Shown: in pieces, positions 41,527 through 54,486 of the stretch
Position numbering within the stretch: the stretch's first letter is position 1
Layout: each line of letters starts with the position of its first letter
Origin: Octopus sinensis
Taxonomy: Eukaryota
Reading direction: 5' to 3'
DNA: 64,000 bases
Assembly: GCF_006345805.1 (NCBI RefSeq)
Contig: NC_043016.1
Location: 10,416,001 to 10,480,000, forward strand
Translations under genes and position numbers: made by a program
The notes under the pieces: generated by a model
Told to the model about the DNA's origin: nothing
The model's database searches: none
Seen by the model: the letters and a program-made list of their open reading frames with translations, nothing else

Positions 41527-41911
41527 GGAAGCACTCCGTCGGTTACAATGATGAGGGTTCTGGTTGATCCGAATCAACGGAACAGCCTGCTCGTGAAATT
41601 AATGTGTAAGTGGCTGAGCACTCCACAGACACGTGGTACTCTTAACGTAGTTCTCGGGGATATTCAGCGTGACACAGAGAGTGACAAGGCCGGCCCCTTG
41701 AAATACAAGTACAACAGAAACAGGAAGTAAGAGTGAGAGAAAGTTGTGGTGAAAGAGTACAGCAGGGATCACCACCACCCCCTGCCGGAGCCTCGTGGAG
41801 CTTTTAGGTGTTTTCGCTCAATAAACACTCACAACGCCCGGTCTGGGAATCGAAACCACGATCCTATGACCGCGAGTCCGCTGCCCTAACCACTGGGCCA
41901 TTGCGCCTCCA
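41527..41911 (-). mobile_element. Third tRNA-SINE family, tail type 1, with TSD
   Basis: Head TGGAGGCGCAATGGCCCAGTGGTTAGGG..TTTCGATTCCC; TSD CCCCAACATATAT at 41514 and 41912. Confidence 0.87.
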
Positions 41912-42014
41912 CCCCAACATATATATATCTGTGAGGTACAACATCTGAAGATCCTTTCTCACTACTTCACCCAACATCTTCCTGGGTCTACCCCTCCCAC
42001 CAGCACTTCTTTAA

Positions 42015-42232
42015 CCCTTTTGTTACTGTATTTATTTTGAAATACTCTGTGTTTCTTTCAATTACTTTAAATATAACAAAGAATTTGGTAAAATAAATTA
42101 GTTATCATTTAGCTAGTGTTAGGAATGTAAAATGTGACTAAGGTTTGGTGGAAGATTTTCATTAAAAATTTATGGAAACAAGACATTTGTACTCAGTCAG
42201 AGCCGGTTTCAGCCGGGTTGGTAATGAAAGGG
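42015..42232. mobile_element. piggyBac-type MITE inserted in an RTE remnant
   Basis: TTAA|CCCTTTTGTTAC...GTAATGAAAGGG|TTAA. Confidence 0.85.
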
Positions 42233-42422
42233 TTAAGCAGCTGTCCTCGAATGCATCACATGACCAAACCAGCACAGTCTTCTCCCTTGCACACAACATC
42301 TGATGCCACTTATACACAGTTTTCCTCTTAAATCATTCACACTCAGTTGTGTGTGTGAACACTGACATTATACATCAAGCAGAGCATGCTGGCTTCATTT
42401 CTTTCAAGCATGTGAGATATAT

Positions 42423-42892
42423 ATCATCATCATCATCGTTTAACGTCCGCTTTCCATGCTAGCATGGGTTGGACGGTTCAACTGGGGTCTGGCAAGCCCG
42501 AAGGCTGCACCAGGCCAGTCAGATCTGGCAGTGTTTCTACAGCTGGATGCCCTTCCTAACGCCAACCACTCCGAGAGTGTAGTGGGTGATTTTATGTGCC
42601 ACCGACACAGGTGCCAGACGAGGCTGGCAGACGGCCACGCTCGGATGGTGTTTTTTATGTACCACCGACACAGGTGCCAGACGAGGCTGGCTGACGGCCA
42701 TGCTCGGATATATATATATATATATACATACATATATACGACGGGCTTCTTTCAGTTACCATCTACCAAATCTACTCACAAGGCTTTGGTCGGCCCGAGG
42801 CTATAGTAGAAGACACTTACCCAAGGTGCCACACAGTGGGACTGAACCCGGCTGGTAAGCGAGCTACTTACCACACAGCCACTCCTATGCCT
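42423..42892 (-). mobile_element. RTE tail followed by a CORE-like SINE 5' half
   Basis: Family motifs. Confidence 0.8.
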
Positions 42893-42985
42893 ATATATAA
42901 TACAAAACGTAAGACCAAAGACTTGTGAGTGAATTTGATAGACAGAAACTGAAAGAAGTCCGTCATGTGTATATATATATATATT

Positions 42986-43292
42986 TGTGGAGGCGCAATG
43001 GCCCAGTAGTTAGGGCAGCGAACTCGCGGTTGTAGGATCGCAGTTTCGATTCCCAGACCGGGCATTGTGAGTGTTTATTGAGCGAAAACACCTCAAGCTC
43101 CACGCGACTCCGGCAGGGAGGGTCGGCGATCCCTGCTGTACATCGCCCCACACCTTTCTCTCACTCTTCTTCTGTTGGCCTGCTCGCTTAGCCGCGGGGG
43201 TGGCGTCATTTGAAGGCTAAAACAATGCAAAGTGTATTATGACTAGCGATGTGTAGCAATATCTGACAGCCTGGTCGGTCACGGTGATCACA

Positions 43293-43297
<5 letters not shown>
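42986..43297 (+). mobile_element. Third tRNA-SINE family, tail type 2
   Basis: Same head as 41911, with a different 3' end (GGTCACGGTGATCACAGTGAT). Confidence 0.82.
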
Positions 43298-43350
<53 letters not shown>

Positions 43351-43354
<4 letters not shown>

Positions 43355-45510
43355 TCATACTATTGGTTCAGGTGATGAAAGTTACGGAGAGGGTCATAGT
43401 CCAACTAATTAAGAGGAGAGTTAACCTAGATGAGATGCGGTTTGGTTTTGTGCCACTGATGCTATATTTCTGGTAAGGCAACTGTGGGAGAAATATCTAA
43501 CCAAAGAAAAACCTCAGTACTTGGCTTTTGTTGAATTGGAGAAAGCCTTTGACAGGGTCCCCCTGATCCCTTATCTAGTGGTCAATGTGGAAACTGGAGA
43601 TAGACGAGTGGTTGGTAAGAACAGTACAAGCCCTGTACAGGGATGCTGTCAGTAAGGTGAGGGCTGGTAATGAGTATAGGGAAGAATTCTGGGTAGAAGT
43701 TGGGGTTCCCCAAGGATCAGTCCTCAGCCCCTCTTATTCATTATAGTTCTCCAGGCAATAACAGAGGAATTCAAGACAGGATACCCCTAGGAGCTCCTCT
43801 ATGCTAATGACCTACCAGAATTAGAGACAAAGTTCAGGGTGTGGAAGCAAGGTCTAGAATCGAAGGGCCTTAAGGTTAACCTAGCAAAAACCAGTCTTAG
43901 TAAGTAGGAAAGTTCACAAATCACAAATCCCATCAGGTAGATGGCTCTGGTTGATCTGTAGAAAAGGCATAGGTAGAAACTCCATGACGTGTACCTGGTG
44001 CAAGCCATGGACACATAAAAGGTGCAGCAATATCAAATGAAGGTTAACTAGGAAAATAGTCTTTCGTGTACGGCAGACGCACTGTGGCAATAGACATTGA
44101 AGATGTACAGAAAACAGATTCCATCACATGCCAAGGGAGAAAAAAAAACTAGTAGTTGATAGCTTCTGCTACCTAGGCGACCAAGTCTGTAGTTGGGGTG
44201 GTTGCTCTGAGAGTGTAGTGACTAGAGTAAGAATAGCCTGGGCAAAGTTCAGGGAACTCTTACCTCTGCTGGCAACTAAGAGCCTCTCACTCAGGATGAA
44301 AGATAGACTGTATGATGCATGTGTGTGTGAACAGCCATGCTACTTGGCAGTGAAACACTGGCCATGACTGCTGAGGACATGTGTAGGCTTGAAAGAAATG
44401 AAGCTAGTATGATCCACTGGATGTGTAATGTCAGTGTGCATACATGACAGAGTGTGAGCACTCTGAGAGAAAAGTTGGACTTAAGAAGCATTAGATGTGG
44501 TGTGCAAGAGAGACAACTGTACTGGTATGGCCATGTGTTACGTATGTATGAGGACAGCTGTGTGAGGAAGTGCCACTCCCTAACTGTGGAAGGAACCTGT
44601 GGAAGAGGTAGACCCTGGAAGACATGGGATGAAGTGGTGAAACATGACCTTCGAACATTGGACCTCACAGAGGCAATGACAAGAGGCTGAGATCTTTGGA
44701 GATATGCTGTGATTGAGAAGACCCAGCAAATAAAGTGAGATCACGGCCATGGTCAATACCAGTGTTGCATGTCCAGCCCATTTAAGAGTACCTTTGATGT
44801 GTCGGGTGATATGGTGGTGAGCTAGCAGAAACATTAGCACGTCGGGCGAAATGCTTAGCAGTATTTCGTCTGCCGTTACATTGTGAGTTCAAATTCCGCC
44901 GAGGTCGACTTTACCTTTCATCCTTTCGGGGTCGATAAATTAAGTACCAGTTATGCACTGGAGTCGATGTAATCAACTTAATACCAATGTCTGTCCTTGT
45001 TTGTCCCCTCTATGTTTAGCCCCTTGTGGGTAATAAAGAATTAGGTATGCTTGAGAAGACCTGTTGAGTCAAGTAAAACCAAAATTGAAGCTGTGGCCAG
45101 TGCCCACTGACTGGCTCCTGTTCCAACGGCACGTAAAATGCATTATCCAAATGTGGTCGATGCCAGTATCCACCTGATTGGCTCCCATGATGGTGGCAAG
45201 TAAAAAGCACTATCTGAAAGTGATCAATGCCAGAGCTGCCTGACTGGCTACTGTGCTGGTTGCACATATAAAATCACTATCCGAACATGATTGATGCCAG
45301 GCCTGCCTGACTGGCTCCCATGCTGGTGGCATGTAAAAAGTACCCACTACACTCTCAGAGTGGTTGGCATTAGGAAGGGCATCCAGCTGTAGAAACTCTG
45401 CCAGATCAGATTGGAGCCTGGAGCATCTGCTGGCTCTCCAGACCTCAGTCAAACCAACTAACCCATGCCAGCATGAAAAATGGATGTTAAACAATGATGA
45501 TGATGATGAT
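43351..45510 (+). mobile_element. Decayed RTE LINE containing the RT core; Meta-type SINE inserted at 44812-45045
   Basis: TDAIFLVRQL, LAFVELEKAFDRV, VGVPQGSVLSP, LLYANDL, YLGDQ and WYGHVLRM; ends in the UTR and GAT tail. Confidence 0.92.
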
Positions 45511-46105
45511 ATATAAATAGATAGATAAATAGATAGACATAAAATACATCAAGTACAAGACATCACTAAAGTCACGTAGACATACAACCGATAAGTAAAG
45601 GACAAATTACCAAAAATATACAATAAGAACAAGACATCACTAAAGAGTGAAAAATATGTAAACACATAATGAGAAGCAAGTATGGGACAAAATACCACAA
45701 GAATTCTAACCCCTCCTTAGTTGTCGACTGTTTTACTACTCCCTATTTCAAGCTTTCAATGACAATATAGGAAAACTTCCTGAGACAGCAGCTTCCAGAA
45801 ATTTTAAAGATATAAAATTTGTGGAGAGTTAGAGCTTTGAACAAACAACGACAGATTTATGTGTGTCTTTGTATCTGTGTCCGACCCCAACACCACCAAC
45901 ACCACCAACACCACCATCGCTTAACAATCGATGTTGGTGTGTTTATGTCCCCGTAAATTAGCGGTTCGACAAAAGAGCCTGATGGTAAAAGCCTGGAGTC
46001 GATATTTTCGACTAAAAAAAGGCACGCGCTCCAGCATGGTTGCAGTCAAATGACTGAAACAAATAAAAGAATAAAGAATATATACACACATACATATATA
46101 TATAT

Positions 46106-46137
<32 letters not shown>

Positions 46138-47298
46138 TATATATATATATATATATATTATATATACACACAAAGTGAAATATGTGTGTGTGTGTGTGTG
46201 ACTACTTATTAGACGAAAGATATATTTATATATTATGTAACAAAGGCACAGGACCTCGAATTTGGGTCACTGTGTGGTTGATTAAATCGATCTCATAACG
46301 ATTACTTTATTTTATCGATTTCAGATGGACAAAAGCCGAGGTCGTCTTTGACAACATTACAAATCATATTGTAAAAGACAGCATCAACGTAGTTTTTCTG
46401 TTTTAAGTCCTAAAATCTCTCTAAATTTATATCTTTAGCGATTTAGGCTCAAGCTAGTTATGTCCCTTGTTTCCTTAACTCACGAATTACAAATAAATTA
46501 AGTTTCTTTTAAAGTTTTGCAATAATAAGATACTTAAAAGAAAATTAAACCTTCTTATGACACCATTAATTACTCAAGTTATTGCAAAATTATAATTAAA
46601 AAAATCTAAGATGTGGTAATAAATATCGTACATTTTAAAACTTTTTTAAGCTACAAAATCCGTTTTTTTTTAAATTTTCTTTCAAGGATATTGTAAATTT
46701 CTTTATTGAACATTTTTCTTTCAGTGAAACTCTCAAAATATCTGCCTCTGTTCTTATTTCATATTCTCTTAATAATTCTTTTAAAACATAATAATAATAA
46801 TAATAAGGCAGGGTTTGTTTTATCCGATTGGACACTAAAATTGAAGACCTTGAGATATTCTAAAAAATTACAGTAATTAACAAATTAACTCCCTTGGGTT
46901 AGAAGTGCCCTGCATCGGATAGCGAGACTGTAGTTGGGGAGTTCCGGGGTTTAGGAGAATGTGGAACCACTTCTTAGCCACCACTATTGTTCCCACATCT
47001 ATTCTGATCCGGAGAAGCAGTACCTGTCAGGTTCAGAGCTATGAATTGTTAATTAATTCATGTAATCATCTGGGCCAGGGTACGTTAAAATCATGGGATG
47101 AAGCAGGATGGGTATGAAATCTTTCAGTGACATGAATTTTATTGAGACAATAACGAATATCACTTCATGTTAAGCCAATGAACAGACAATGAACTGTCAA
47201 TGGCCAGGATCAACCAACAAGTACAGTTAACGAACTACTGCTATCATCTATAGTAGTGACATACTCATATGAGATACTTATTTCAGCTAACAAAAGAC

Positions 47299-47714
47299 GG
47301 CGATCTTTCGTCTCTAGTAGACCTTTCCGTCGATTTCCGTAAAAAATTTTTTTTTTTTACATATGGGCTTGCGGGAACTTTTGAAGTAATATACATATAC
47401 ACATACACCGAGTAAAAAAATTCAGTTATCTCTTTCTTTCACACATTACTCTGTCTCTTCACACACACTAACAGAAGCACTTCACTTACACAACATACTG
47501 TCTGTCTCCCACACCCCATCAAACACACACACACACATGTACATCAATGCTTCCCATGCACGGTAACTTCAAAAGAACTTCCCTCGTCATACAATCGCTT
47601 TCTCTTAGTCTCTTTCGCTCTCATTACTTCAAAAGTTCCCGCAAGCCCATATGTAAAAAAAAAAATTTTTTTACGGAAATCGACGGAAAGGTCTACTAGA
47701 GACGAAAGATCGCC
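47299..47714. mobile_element. MITE with ~90-bp near-perfect TIRs and an 8-bp TSD (Merlin-like)
   Basis: GGCGATCTTTCGTCTCTAGTAGACC / GGTCTACTAGAGACGAAAGATCGCC; flanks CAAAAGAC and CAAAAGGC. Confidence 0.85.
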
Positions 47715-48267
47715 CAAAAGGCGATCTAAAGACTAATGGGACTGAAACTGAGACCAGACGGTTCATACTTCGTCGCTCGATCTCAGACATCTGGCGTAAA
47801 ACTGTCGCATTGGTCCGGGCAAGGTGCCCCGCCTGGGTGGAGGTTAGGAAGATCTCCATTATACAAAAATATGCCAGAATATAATTTTGATATTTTATTT
47901 AATTGAGTATGTTTTTATATATTTTAGTTTATTATAACAATAGGCGAATTATTTTATTAGAAATATTTACATATTCAATTGTTTGTCATCAACATATGCG
48001 CAAAGAAGTTGTCATTCATTAGCACAATACGGTGTCGATAGAAAAAATGTTCCCACCAGTAAAAAGTTTGTTTTTCTAACGCAAGGGAGGCTATACTGTT
48101 CAGTACTTCGGCACATTCTTCTTTATTGTATTATTCCTTAGGAGAAGGTAGCAATGTTAAGATAGATTAAAGTGGCCTCCTGGCAGAACCGTTAGCACGC
48201 GGACAAAATAGACAGACAAACAGATAGATAAATAGATATATAGACAAAGTAAAAAATATATATATAT

Positions 48268-48566
48268 TGGTAAAAACGGTAAGATAACAAAAGAAAGAAA
48301 GAGACCTCAATATTATGTAAATAGAGTAAATTTATCTGTAAAATAATAGGTGATAATTATTCAATAGTCAAGATAAAACTCTGAGTTTCAGATGCCGAAG
48401 TGGAAATTCACAACACCATCTCTTTGGTTATGTGGCCATCTGAAAAACGCTACGTAAACGTTTTTCAGATGGCCAGATGACCGAAGAGATGGTGTGAATT
48501 TCCACTTCGGCATCCAAAACTCAGAGTTTTATCTTGACTATTGAATAATTATCACCTATTATTTTA
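48268..48566. mobile_element. Inverted-repeat element with a hammerhead-like motif in each arm
   Basis: Arms 48339-48449 and 48459-48566. Confidence 0.7.
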
Positions 48567-49149
48567 TATATATATATATATCTTGCCCATAGCGTACACT
48601 GGGTACATCTTATGGAGTTTCTACTTACGCTTTTTCGATCTGTAGAAAAGGCGTAAGTAGAAATTCCATAAGATGTACATCCTGTCTGTCTGAACGTTCT
48701 GAGTTCAAATTCCGCCGAGGTCGATAAAATAAGTACCAGTTGAACAATGGTGCCGATTTAATCAGCTTACGCCACCCTATCAAAATTACTGGCCTTGTGC
48801 CAAAATGTGAAACCAATATTAAGGTAGATTAACCAAGCTTGAAACTAATTCTTAGGACAATCGTTGGCATTGTAGATTATCCTAATCTTTATTATAAACC
48901 TGTAGCGTAGGTTTGTATCCCTACAAACCCAAAAGAAAATATAACTTAACATCTGAAAGTGTTGGACCTTTTTTTTTTTTTTATATGATTTAGTCCCAAT
49001 CAAAGCTTGAGGTCACGGTAGTGTAAGAGACTATAAAGAAAGGAAACATGGGGCCTAAGGGTTCAATAAATATCAATTGATATAAAGTTGGAAGAACTGA
49101 ATTTCATGGATCAGAAGAAAACAAAACAATAGTGGTGATGGAAATCCTC

Positions 49150-49530
49150 CTCCTCATCATTATCATTTAATGTCCATTGTCTATGCTGGCATGGGTTGGA
49201 CAGTTTGACTAGGCTGGTACGCTGGAAGGTGGCACTGGACTCCAGTTTAATTTGGCATGGCTTTCTACAGCTGGGTGCCCTTCCTAATGCCAACCACTCC
49301 AAGAGTGTAATGGGTGCTTTTAAGTGCCACTAGCACAGGTGGCATTTGCATGACACCGGTATCTGCCATGACTGTGATTTTGCTCAGCTTGATGGGTCTT
49401 CTTCTCAAGCATTATATAATGCCAAAGGCCTCCATGAGGCCCAACACTCTAAAGGAACTTGGCCACTTTTCCTCCATGAGGCCCAACGCTTGAAAGGGAC
49501 TCAGCCACCTTGTGTCTGTGAGGCCCGCTC
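49150..49530 (-). mobile_element. RTE 3' fragment
   Basis: Tail motifs. Confidence 0.7.
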
Positions 49531-50164
49531 AAAATACTTACAGAAAAGACACAACAAAAATACATTTTAGAGTAATGAGCCAAAAACTTCAACCTAGAAG
49601 AAAGAGGAGAAACCACCATGCTAACAACTCAATTCTGATTTTGATTAAGCAAGTTAGGAAGTGTGGAGGCACATGGCTTAGTGATTAGGGTATTGGACTC
49701 ATGATTATGCAAGATTATGCTTTCAATTCCTACACCGGTCAACGTATTAGGTTCTTGAGCAAAACACTTCCGTTCATGTTGCCCCAGTCCACTCAGCTGG
49801 CAAAAATGAGTAATCCTGCAATGGCATCCTGACACATAGGGAATTTGTGCACCATGGAAACTGGGAAACCAGCCTTTATGAGTCAGCATGACTTGAGAAG
49901 GTAACTTCAAGTTAGGAGATTTATTATTATAGTCATCTCAGTCAGGGCCATCAGATATTTTCAGAGGGTGTGCATCTAGAAATGCAATTCTTATCGTTGA
50001 GTAAATTTCCTCAGAATGTGGCAACAATTTCTGTATTGAATAAGATTTGAGGATGCCAATGAAATTTGTCATTTGTCACATGAAAAATTCATTCTCATTT
50101 TTCAAGCCATTTTTGCCAGACTGTTTTCCTTAATGTCAATTTTAAAGTTGGTAAACATAAGGCT

Positions 50165-50446
50165 AGTTTGTTCCTTCTTGAGCCATGCCTGGCTCATAAG
50201 GGCCAGTTCCCCGGTATCCTTGGCATATAGGTTCCCCACCTGAATGGGACGCCGGACCATCACAGGTGAGCTGCAAGATGCAGGAGGAAAGAGTGAGAGA
50301 AAATTGTGGCGAAAGAGTCAGCAGAAGTCTGCCATTACCTTCTGCTGGAGCTGCATGGAGCTTGGGTGTTTCGCTCATAAACACACACATCACGATCCCT
50401 CAACCGCGAGTCTGCTGCTCTAACCACTAGGCCATGTGCCTCCACA
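50165..50446 (-). mobile_element. Third tRNA-SINE family, tail type 3
   Basis: GTGGAGGCACATGGCCTAGTGGTTAG head with a CTGTGATGGTCCGGCGTCCC..GAAGGAACAAAC tail. Confidence 0.75.
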
Positions 50447-50559
50447 AGGCTAGTAATATTATGCAATAAAATGCATTGTATACAAGATGGATTTTTCAAG
50501 CAGATCCATCTGGCAGGAAACCAAGGGGTAGACCAAAAATGAGATGGTTGGATAATATA

Positions 50560-51345
50560 AAGGTTCTGTCTGCAGAAGAGTATCATACCTCTTCTCAAAG
50601 ATCTAAGAAATTCAAGAACTAGTGATCAGCACAGAAATCATGACTGTTTTTTCAGGATGACAAGGGTATCATACACTTTGGTTTTTTTCTGAAATGCACC
50701 TATGCTGTGATCAGTGAGTAGTCAGTACATTGAAACACTGAAAAATGCTTAGAGAATCCATTAGGAGGAAAAAACTTTCCTGAAATATTACAGAAGCATT
50801 AAACAACTTGTGTTAGGAAGTGTGTGTGTGTGTATGTGTTTTTTAATCCATAGAAATAAGGGAGAATATTTAAAATGTAGTTCAGGAATTTGAATGAAAC
50901 ATTTAAAACATCATTTCATTCCTCTTCCTTACAACAAATAAATATCTAAAAAGAGCTCATGAACAAAATGGAAAAGGCATTGTCCCAGAGGATGTTGAAG
51001 GAGATGTGCTGGAACAACCACTGACTCACAGGGCTTGCACTTGCCGACAGCTAAGCAAAAATCTAAGAATGTTTCATATTCACCATATCAATGTGATCCA
51101 CGCATTCTCTTTGGCAACAAATCACATGATGGGCAGATTGTGATGGTCACTGGTTTCCTCTTCCAACACACAGCCTGGGTCTAGTGCCTTCTGACTTCCA
51201 TCTGTTTGGTCCCAATGAAAGATGGCCTTCAAAGACAATGATTTGATGGCACAGGTGAGGTCAAAATGGCTGTGAAGACGTGGGTTCTGCAGAGCACACT
51301 TGAACTTCTTCAAAGAGGATTTGAGAGTTGTTAAGTCCAACAATG
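50560..51345 (+). pseudogene. Highly decayed mariner transposase fragments
   Basis: SKKFKN, DDKGIIH, YIETLK and HSLGLVPSDFHLFGP. Confidence 0.6.
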
Positions 51346-51364
51346 GCACAAATCCATCACTTGT

Positions 51365-51641
51365 AAACTTTTATCTTATACTTGATTCAGTCATTGGACT
51401 GTGGCCATGCTGGGGCACCACCTTGAAGGGTTTTAGTTGAACAAATCAATCCCAGTACATCTTTTATCTTTTACTTGTTTCAGTCATTGCACTGTGGCTT
51501 ATTCTTTGTAAACCTAGTACTTATTCTATCGGTCTCTTTTTTGCCAAACCACTAAGTGACAGGGACGTAAACACACCAACATCGGTTGTCAAGCAATGAT
51601 GGGGGGACAAACACAGATACAAATAACAATACATATATATA

Positions 51642-51691
<50 letters not shown>

Positions 51692-51854
51692 CTCATATAT
51701 ATATGCAATGGGCTTCTTTCAGTTTCTGTCAATCAAATCCACTCACAAGGCTATAATAGAAGACTTTGCCCAAGGTGCCACACAGTGGACTGAACTCAGA
51801 ACCATGTGGTTGAGAAACAAGCTTCTTACCACACAGCCACTCCTGTGCTATATA

Positions 51855-51908
<54 letters not shown>

Positions 51909-52160
51909 TATATATATATATAGAGAGAGAGAGAGCGAGAGAGAGAGAGAGGTGGGGAGAGAAAGAGAGAGAGAGAAAAACTGAAAGAAGCCCAGCATAT
52001 ATGTATGCCAGGCTTCTTTTTGTTTCTGTCTACCAAATCCACTCAAGGTTTTGACCGAAGACTATTGTAGAAGATACTTGCCCAAGGTGCTATGCAATGG
52101 GACAGAACCTGGAACCATGTGGTTGAGAAGCAAGCTTCTTACCACACAGCCACTCCTGCA
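51365..52160 (-). mobile_element. CORE-like SINE cluster
   Basis: Two heads and two tails. Confidence 0.75.
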
Positions 52161-52212
52161 GACTATTTTGAGAAGTATCTTTGAAAAGACTTGTGCAATT
52201 TGAATTACCTGC

Positions 52213-53262
52213 CATCATCACCATCATCATCATCATCATCATTTAGTATCTGCATTCCCTGGATTAGATGGTTTGAGAGGAACCAATAAGCTGCAGAGTT
52301 ACACCAGGCTCCAATGTGATTTTGACTTGGTTTCTAGGGCTGAATGCCTTTCCTAATGCCAACCACTCCAAGAGTGTAATGGGTGCTTTTTGCATGTCAC
52401 CCGCATGGGTGCCAGTTACAGGATACCAGCATCAACCATAACTACAATTTCACTTGACTTGATGGGTCTTCTCAAGCATGAAGTCCAATGCAAAAAGGGT
52501 GTTTTTTACATGCCATTGGCATGGGTGCCAGTTATGTGGCACCGTGAGGCCCAACATTTACCGTGAGGCTCAACATTCGAAGATCATGTTTCACAACTTC
52601 CTCCTATATCTTCCTGGCTCTACCACTACCACAGGTTCTCCTTCATAGTTAGAGACCTGCACCTTTTTACACAGCTGTCCTCGCCCATATGCATCACATG
52701 ACCATACCAGGCACTTCTCTGTCATTCATGCAAACTGACATTGCACATCCAGTGAAGCATACCAGCTTCATTTCTTTCAAGCCTATGCATGTCCTCAGCA
52801 GTCATAGCTCATGTTTCACTGCCATGTAGCATGGCTGTTCACACACAGGCATCATACAATCTGCCTTTCACTCTGAGAGAGAGGCCCTTAGATGCCAACA
52901 GACATAGGAGCTCTCTGAACTATGCCCAGCCTACTCTTATTCTAGCAGCTACGCTTGTGGAGCATTCACCCCTGCTACTGACTTGGTCACCTAGGTGATG
53001 GACACTATCGACTACTTCTAATTCCTCCCCACCCCACCCCATTTATTGTACTTTTGTTTAGTGCTTATTGTACTTGTTAACTATTTTCCCTTTTAACCTT
53101 CCTTTGATATTGCTGCACCTCTTATGCATCCATAGCTTACACCAGGTACCTCTTATGGAGTTTCTGCTTACACCTTTTCTACAAATTGAGCAGGGCCATC
53201 TACCTGAAGGCACTTGTAATTTGTCTGTTTTCCTACTTACTAAGATTTTGTTTTTTGCTAGA
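52213..53262 (-). mobile_element. RTE fragment with an internal deletion
   Basis: GRWPCSICRKGV..HKRCS, LGDQV, LHGSE and the tail. Confidence 0.85.
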
Positions 53263-53276
53263 TATATATATATAGC

Positions 53277-54261
53277 CAGCAAAATTCAAGGAGCTCCTAC
53301 TTCTTCTGGCAACTAAGGGCCTCTCACTCAGGGTGAAAGGTAGACTGTATGATGCATATGTGCAAACTGGCATGCTACATGGCAGGGAGACATGGACCAT
53401 GAATGCTGAGAACATGCATAGGCTTGAAAGAAATGAAGCTAGTATGATCCGCTGGATGTGTAATGTCAGTGTGCACACACGACAGAGTATAAGTGCCCTG
53501 AGAGAAAAGTTGGGCACAAGAAGCATCAAATGTGATGCGCAAGAGAGGCACTGTTATGGCCATGTGTTATATATGAATGAAGACAGCTGTATGATGAAGT
53601 GCCACCCACTAACTGTAGAAGGAACCTGTGGAAGTGGTAGACTCAGGAAGACATGGAATGAGGTGGTGAAGCATGACCTTCGAACACTGGGCCTCACAGA
53701 GCCAATTACAGGAAACTGGGACCTTTGGAGATATGGTGTGATTGAGAAGACCCAGCAACTAAAGTGAGATCTCTGCCACGTCCATCCAGACATGTAAGGA
53801 ATACTCCTGTTGTGTTGGACAATATGATATGCTTGAAAAGACCTGTTGAGTCAAGTAAAATGAATATCGTAGCTGGAGCCAGTGCTTCTTCACTGGTTCC
53901 CATTCCAAAGGCACGTAAAAAGCATCATCCAAACGTGGTCGATGCCAGGTCTGCCTTATTGGCTCCAGTGCTGATGGCACGTAAAATGCATTAACCAATC
54001 ATGACCGATGCCAATACCCCGTGACCGGCTCCTGTGCCAGTGTCATGTAAAAAGTACCATTCGAATGTGATCATTGCCAGGCCCAACTTACACGCTCCTA
54101 TGCCAGTGGCACGTAAAAAGCACCCACTATACTCTCAGAGTGGTTGGCATTAGGAAGGGCATCCTGCTGTAGAGCCTAGTGCAGCCGTTAGCTCTCCAGA
54201 CCTGTCAAACCATCCAACCCATGCCAGCATGGAAAACGGACGTTAATTGATGATGATGATG
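53277..54261 (+). mobile_element. 5'-truncated RTE
   Basis: ORF 53333-53767 matches the RTE C-terminus; UTR and GAT tail follow. Confidence 0.9.
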
Positions 54262-54264
54262 ACA

Positions 54265-54486
54265 TATGAGGGGTGCTGAAAAGTACTTGGTTTTGGGTAT
54301 AAGAAAATACAGAAGGATCCGTTAATTATGATTTTAATCGACATATTCCCCTCTCAGATTCACACACTTATGGCAGTGTTCCTTCAGTTTTTCTAAGCCC
54401 TGTGAAAAAGAACTCAGAAAGTTGGGTCTCCAACCAGGTCTTTCACGATACCCTTAAAACCAGGAACTTTTCAGCACCCCCTCATA
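54265..54486. mobile_element. Mariner-type MITE; partial second copy at 54552-54700
   Basis: TATGAGGGGGTGCTGAAAAGT / ACTTTTCAGCACCCCCTCATA with TA ends. Confidence 0.85.

Noticed and set aside
52213-54261. Single RTE with a twin-priming inversion
   Set aside because: Both halves have their own 3' tails and overlapping ORF regions, so they are two insertions.
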